Assembly (NCBI GenBank): GCA_021776095.1
Contig: JAJFGO010000092.1
Location: 3,188 to 67,187, forward strand
Direction of reading: 5' to 3'
Length of the DNA: 64,000 bases
From: Kiloniellaceae bacterium
GTDB lineage: Bacteria; Pseudomonadota; Alphaproteobacteria; Kiloniellales; J153
Each line of letters opens with the position of its first letter. Within the stretch, counting starts at the first letter, position 1. Below are positions 62,803 to 64,000 of this stretch, one piece after another. Under the pieces are notes generated by a model. The model was not told the DNA's origin. It saw only the letters and a program-made list of their open reading frames with translations, and did no database searches. Position numbers and translations under genes: made by a program.

Positions 62803-63171
62803 CTAGGCTCTGGCCTTGCGCCGTTTCTTCGCCGGCTTCTTGGCCCGGGCGCGCCGGGCCGCCTCCAAACCCAACTCGGCCCAGGGCAGAAGGGCCTCGG
62901 GATCGTCCGAGATCTCGTCGGGCAGGTTCCAGTAGGACATTTCGATCGGCTTGGTCTTGCCGTCGTAGACGAAAGGCTTGCCGCCGGCCGCCTCGAAACG
63001 CGCCTTGGTCTCGTCATCGACCTTGAAGTAGGGCCGGTCATAGGCGATCAGGCCGAACATCAGGTCTTCGTGAAACAGGCCGAAGCCGCCGAACATGCCG
63101 CGGGCCCGCACCGGCCCCAGCGGCATCAGGCAACTGACGATCTTGTCGGCGATTTCGCGTTTCGAACTCAT
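62803..63171 (-). CDS. TfoX N-terminal domain protein with Lys/Arg-rich tail
   Basis: VRARGMFGGFGLF.....FGLI.....YFKVD pattern of the TfoX_N domain. The C-terminal tail is KKPAKKRRKARA. Confidence 0.7.
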   Translation of the reverse strand: MSSKREIADKIVSCLMPLGPVRARGMFGGFGLFHEDLMFGLIAYDRPYFKVDDETKARFEAAGGKPFVYDGKTKPIEMSYWNLPDEISDDPEALLPWAELGLEAARRARAKKPAKKRRKARA

Positions 63172-63175
63172 GACA

Positions 63176-63832
63176 TCACCCTAGCAGCTTCTCCGTGAAC
63201 CCGGCGACGGCCTCGATCGCCGCGTCCCAATTCTGCGCCTTGGTGCAGCCGCTCGCCTTGCGCGGCGCCAGGTCGTGATCGCCGTCCGCCATCCAGGCCA
63301 GGCGAATTTGGGGCGAAAGGTCATAGGACGCGACCTCCGCCTCGGTGCCGAAGGGGTCGCGGGTGCCTTGGACAATCAGGGCCGGGGTGGCGATTTCCGC
63401 CAGGTGGGCCGTGCGCAGCTTCTCTGGCTTGCCGGGCGGGTGAAAGGGATAGCCCAGGCAGACCAGGCCGCGCACCGCCATCTCGTCGGCGACCATGCTG
63501 GCCATGCGCCCGCCCAGGGATTTGCCGCCGATAACCAGGCGCTCCGGCGCGAAGTCGCCGATCACCTGGCGCCAGACGGCAAGCAATTGGCCCTGCGGGG
63601 ACGGCGGGCGCCGGCGCCCGTCGGCCCGGCGCGCCGCCATGTAGGGAAACTCGAAGCGGACCACCTGCAGGCCCCGGTCCGCCAAACCCGCCGCCATGGC
63701 GGTCATGAATGGCGTGTCCATGCCGGCCCCGGCGCCATGGGCCAGCACCAGGGTGAGCGGCCCCTCGGCGGGTCCCTCGCACAGGTAGTCCACGGCCAGC
63801 GCGCCGGGCGCCAGATCCGGCTCTATTCCCAT
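63176..63832 (-). CDS. alpha/beta hydrolase (COG3571-like, dienelactone-hydrolase fold)
   Basis: LVLAHGAGAGMD, the nucleophile elbow GGKSLGGRMAS, and the QGTRDPFG and DGDHDL motifs. ATG 63832 is preferred. A TTG at 63853 is possible. Confidence 0.75.
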   Translation of the reverse strand: MGIEPDLAPGALAVDYLCEGPAEGPLTLVLAHGAGAGMDTPFMTAMAAGLADRGLQVVRFEFPYMAARRADGRRRPPSPQGQLLAVWRQVIGDFAPERLVIGGKSLGGRMASMVADEMAVRGLVCLGYPFHPPGKPEKLRTAHLAEIATPALIVQGTRDPFGTEAEVASYDLSPQIRLAWMADGDHDLAPRKASGCTKAQNWDAAIEAVAGFTEKLLG

Positions 63833-64000
63833 AAAACCGGCCTTCTTCTGCAATTATCCGCGCCGATCACACTCTAAGCTTTCCTTAACCCGGCATTGCG
63901 ACCATGGGCCGCACCACGATTATGCCCCGTGCACCCGAAAGCCTATTCCATGGATGATATACGCGACCGCGATCTTTCCAGCATCCCCGACCAGGATTTG

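Noticed and set aside
63950-64000. ATG at 63950 opening a plus-strand frame (MDDIRDRDLSSIPDQD...) that runs off the right edge
   Set aside because: Only 17 codons are visible. That is too short to judge coding potential or family.

Overview
High-GC alphaproteobacterial chromosomal segment. The gene order looks Rhodospirillales-like, but that taxon call is inference. The core is a complete minus-strand division/cell-wall (dcw) cluster, mraZ-rsmH-ftsL-ftsI-murE-murF-mraY-murD-ftsW-murG-murC-murB-ddl-ftsQ-ftsA-ftsZ (33.5 kb down to 14.7 kb). It continues into lpxC-bamD-recN-ligA, and RNase P RNA (rnpB) sits directly upstream of mraZ in the same orientation. The left flank holds uvrD, prmA, a DUF1326/DUF2182 pair, a three-domain DUF1127 protein and aminopeptidase P. 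The right half is housekeeping mixed with accessory genes: AmpD-like amidase, EamA transporter, DjlA-like co-chaperone, DUF3750, a fused 5-oxoprolinase with a MarR-like regulator, a VOC protein, class-I DAHP synthase, an AhpD-like protein, an adenylate cyclase-TPR protein, a trimethylamine-dehydrogenase-family flavoprotein, an FAD-linked D-lactate-DH-like oxidase, mscL, a flavin reductase, a 1228-aa AsmA protein, DUF1801, an acyltransferase/alpha-beta-hydrolase fusion, fumC, TfoX-N and another hydrolase. I found no CRISPR array, transposase, integrase, phage genes or recognisable multi-gene defence or secretion system. The most novel-looking item is a self-contained cassette at 42.3-44.2 kb. 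It consists of a 30-codon leader ORF with seven aromatic residues in ten (FAAFWYFFSY), a canonical intrinsic terminator with drawable alternative pairings, a class-I DAHP synthase and a GC hairpin, all bracketed by ~210-bp direct repeats. Those repeats belong to a dispersed hairpin-repeat family with three copies in the window. Other points worth a second look are four phased TGGGN boxes upstream of mraZ, the triple DUF1127 protein, the PlsC-like/hydrolase fusion, twin long hairpins with shared TAGAGCA termini, and an MscL with a CxxC-X10-CxxC tail. Many long ORFs in the supplied track are alternative-frame artefacts of the high GC content, and several real genes start well inside their track ORF.
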